A stretch of 64,000 bases of DNA. Source: Balanoglossus misakiensis (lineage: Eukaryota; Animalia; Hemichordata). The notes under the pieces were generated by a model, which worked only from the letters and a program-made list of their open reading frames with translations, made no database searches and was not told the origin of the DNA. Below are positions 61,501 through 64,000 of this stretch, one piece after another (positions within the stretch are counted from its first letter, which is position 1; every line of letters starts with the position of its first letter). The stretch lies in contig CM082590.2 in NCBI GenBank assembly GCA_040954595.2, positions 11,062,088 through 11,126,087 on the forward strand, given 5' to 3'. A program made the translations under genes and the position numbers.

Positions 61501-63471
61501 CACTGCATCAAAGTGTTTGTACAGTGACACCGAAAACATCATAAGATGAAGCAAACTACAACTGTAAATCCTAAACATGGCCGACGTTTGACATTTCAAC
61601 TAGCAGCATTTTCTGTGTAGTTTTCACTGGTGACTTTATATATAGAATGTCAGAATCCAGTCTGTCAGAAGGTCAATTCCATTGTGAGACAATGATTTTA
61701 GTTATTCATAGAAACTTTTAACTTCATTGTACAGTACAATGGTATGTTTTGAATTTGTTTCAAAGTGTGTGTTTTTTGAGATATATGTTGTTTGGGTTTC
61801 AATCTCATTGGAGATGGCTTTTATAAGTTTCTTACTTTCCAATCTGATTCAAATCAGGTTACGGTAGTGTTGGCTCGATCTGTTATCTTGAACTGATTCT
61901 TGGCTGTTCTCTTCTCGGATGTATGCCACTCTAGATGTAGTGTGTGACTGTGGCAGATATCCGAGAACAGAACAGCCGAGAATCAGCCAAGGTTAAGATG
62001 GGGTCTACCCTACATCTGATTTGAATTAGATTCCTTTAATACTTTCTAGATCCTGTAACTTAGAGTGTTGATTTGTAACTCGTTTTTTTTTTCAGTCATT
62101 TTCTCCCTAAAATATTTTATAATACGCTATTGTGACCCGGATTTTTGTGATTTTCTGATATATATATATACAAAGATAATGCTTAGTTTCTGATAATTCA
62201 TTGACGGCGGTGTTCACCCAATGACTGTCCAGTATTTGCATAATACTATACGTATTTGCATGCGAACTTTGGCCAGGTGTACGGCGCCCTCATGAAGCAA
62301 AGAGACACAACCGGTCTCTTTGCTGGCTTGGCCAATGCGAGCAGGTTGGTGATATTTTTCTCTCCCTTTTGAATCGCCCATGCAAGCGGTAAATCATTGA
62401 CATCCACCCCTATAATTGAGATATAATGATGTGTTATTGTTTCAAGAACCATCATCTGTAATATTTTGAAAGAATGTTCAGTGATTTTTGCTGCGAATGT
62501 GTGAATATTGGACTCGGAAAGCACGTAGTATTTTCTGTTAAGTATGCTCTGTATATTTTCTTTGGTTTTGAGCGAATGGGTTTGAATGCCTAATACACAA
62601 TGCAATGCCGAACGACAACAACCTTACCAAGCCTATAGCGGGGGTCACACTATGGACAGCTATATTATGTTTAATTGCTTTAATACTTTCTAGGTCCTGT
62701 AACTTAGACTTGTTGATTTGAAAGTGTTTCTGTATTATTTTGGTAGTTTTGGTGGTGTGCATTTAATAGTCATTCTTATTTGTAATTTTTTCCTGAAAAT
62801 GTTTTATAACACTTAATGGACAGCTATATTATGTCTGAAATAAAAATGAATAATAATAATAATAATCAATTAGTGTGGCATCCATTTATTATTAACTTGA
62901 TCACAATTAAACATACAGCCACAATCAGAGGTTGTGCATATGCCACGATAATTGCGTACTCATTCAAAGAGTAGACTGAATGAGTGTATATAACTTGTAG
63001 TCTGTTAAGAATGGATAACTGTTTTTGTTAGCTACTTTGTCATACATGTATGCAAGTATCTATGGTAACCTTGCGTACAGGTCTGTGTTTTACTGGTGTT
63101 AGACTGCCTCCGGAGATACACGGCTGTCTAACACTGTGAACACACAGACCTGTATGCTAGTATCTATGGCAACCAGTAGACACTGTGGAGTCCATTATGA
63201 AAGCCTTGATGACTTACTTTCAGTTTAGCACAAGCCAATGCAGCTGCCAAATGCTCAGCCTCTGGTTTCCGTCTTCCATATCCGACAACTTGAAACTGTT
63301 CTGGGTACCTCACGGTGAGATGACAAGTCTTCAGATGAGGGTTGTTGTTGGTTCTGTAGGTGAGTCGACGTTTCACTTTGTCTGGTATCAATCCTAGTGT
63401 GTTGTTCAGGATACTCTTGGGAGTTGGGAATTCTCGAAGGGCTTCGCTGTGCTCTTCTGACAATTCAAGCT
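49546..63471 (-). CDS. DHX30: ATP-dependent DExH-box RNA helicase DHX30, ~21 exons; 5' end lies beyond the window
   Basis: dsRBD exon 63218-63471 ([10 protein letters not shown]...[18 protein letters not shown]); [86 protein letters not shown]; HA2 and OB-fold exons. Junctions I checked in the 3' half are phase-consistent to the stop at 49546. Confidence 0.92.
59311..61527 (+). CDS. TRIM-NHL E3 ligase (RING-Bbox1-Bbox2-coiled coil-filamin-NHL), TRIM2/3/71-like, 738 aa, intronless CDS
   Basis: RING CTIC...[11 protein letters not shown]...CPEC; two B-boxes; coiled coil; filamin repeat (DNRDGT...IPGSP); NHL repeats ([19 protein letters not shown]...[12 protein letters not shown]). First ATG at 59311. 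Confidence 0.93.
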   Translation: MAAASETKILDEIGEDFLCCTICLEQFRRPKVLPCLHTFCEPCLTTLVKKTRSLICPECRQQYEIPAKGISALKGNFFMANLVEIFKQRFDSGTQKAQEIKCEGCQENTATHRCVECQYYLCKSCVKAHRNLPVSRKHRLLTIEEYATAKSTSPVALQAVEYCSVHTKNEIEFYCETCQVPICSNCTIIEHRIPQHNHRYLKDAADEYLRDLKVMVDKLKVKEQEAEKNKSLAKQVQSDLTEQQKKEERQVRMEAEEIINKVKREEQRLIDELNTIYKLKIKTAAADVDEMELKHGNIKSAVSYMEMLMHHGNAAQLLTTKNDAECRIRQLITMETKPQTHHEEVVFQPGKTFNKLGILGTLITEVNVCISKCTVENIPKQLLKGDSAHLLITTRDSTGKQVIPNQPVKATVRKPGASWEDIKVSDNRDGTHRVTVNGKMDGKYQVAMTIGDRLIPGSPVIIPVIKGLVQTIGSKGSAKGQFNHPRSVAINKDKDIVTADRGNNRLQITTREGRVKKILKFTQFKEPFTPRDITISSDNTHYSLDDNYRQVVVSDENGRVIRCFGKNELIDPYGISISPVNGNVYVTDKGGDCVRIYTQHGKYIRSFGSEGEGKGKFNWPWGIVVGRSGMVFVADYANSRIQVFSPDDKYLYSIDCQNENGHLCLPKGLALENDQYVYVSTKDPYCILKFESRGKFVCRIDSDEDRLDCPTGMALTDDVPCRVVVADTLNHCIKVFVQ
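61841..62032. mobile_element. ~190-bp fold-back (MITE-like) element
   Basis: Outer inverted repeat 61841-61857 / 62016-62032 (1 mismatch); inner 37-bp arms 61893-61929 / 61950-61986 (~4 mismatches). Confidence 0.6.
63047..63174. other. ~79-nt hairpin flanked by 24-bp direct repeats containing X-box-like motifs
   Basis: Hairpin at 63076-63154; direct repeats TGTATGC(A/T)AGTATCTATGG(T/C)AACC at 63047-63070 and 63151-63174. Confidence 0.65.
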
Positions 63472-64000
63472 CTGGGAAGAGACAGACATTCAGTCACTTT
63501 GGTCCTGGTGATTGAACTGTCATGAATACATAGCATTCCTGTGTGATAGCTCTGTGTGGCATGACTGTGTGTCTTACAGTGTGGAGGCATCGCCCATAGA
63601 GACACACATCCCTGCCACACAGAGCTCCCTGAGTGATGACTGTGGTAGTTTAAAATCAAGCTACACTCCACACAGAGATCATGACTTCATTTTCACCAGA
63701 ACTTGGTTGGAATCTGATCAGTATGATACTGGCATTGGACTAGCACAGGTTGTATGGTGCTTGCACCAGAGATGTACATGAACAACTGGGCTACTGCAAG
63801 TCTGCACTGACAAGTTCATCTTGTCAACGACCCGTGCGAGCGGACGATATGACTGACAAGTTTGGGAGGAAATGTAAAAGCAGTGCACAGTGTTACGAGT
63901 GTAGATAAAGTTCAGCAGCTCGAGGTTTTGTTTTTGTTTACGACGGCAAAACCAGATCGTCTAACACACAAACCATCAGGAAAAACCTAGAGCTACTGAA

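Overview
Eukaryotic, intron-containing genomic DNA (GT-AG introns, microsatellites, AT-rich). Gene content suggests a marine invertebrate deuterostome, possibly a hemichordate or echinoderm; the taxon is inference only. The ORF track captures only exon fragments, so I reassembled genes by hand from splice sites and codon phases. Left to right: the 5' part of a C2H2 zinc-finger gene (-); a somatomedin-B / Methuselah-like class-B GPCR (+); NOX5 (-); head-to-head with it, a ~2463-aa EMI-NIM-poly-EGF (Draper/CED-1/MEGF-type) gene (+) with no transmembrane helix that ends in an unassigned 6-Cys domain; two tandem intronless class-A GPCR paralogues (-); an HNMT-like methyltransferase (-); a gene-free 41-49 kb region with an 87-bp hairpin-forming satellite, a satellite mini-array flanked by a 9-bp direct repeat, and a Helitron-like 3' end; and DHX30 (-), whose 5.3-kb intron hosts an antisense TRIM-NHL gene with an intronless CDS plus several fold-back elements. 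No CRISPR, rRNA or tRNA was found. Best leads: the secreted Draper-like giant protein paired with NOX5, and the apparently mobile palindromic satellite.
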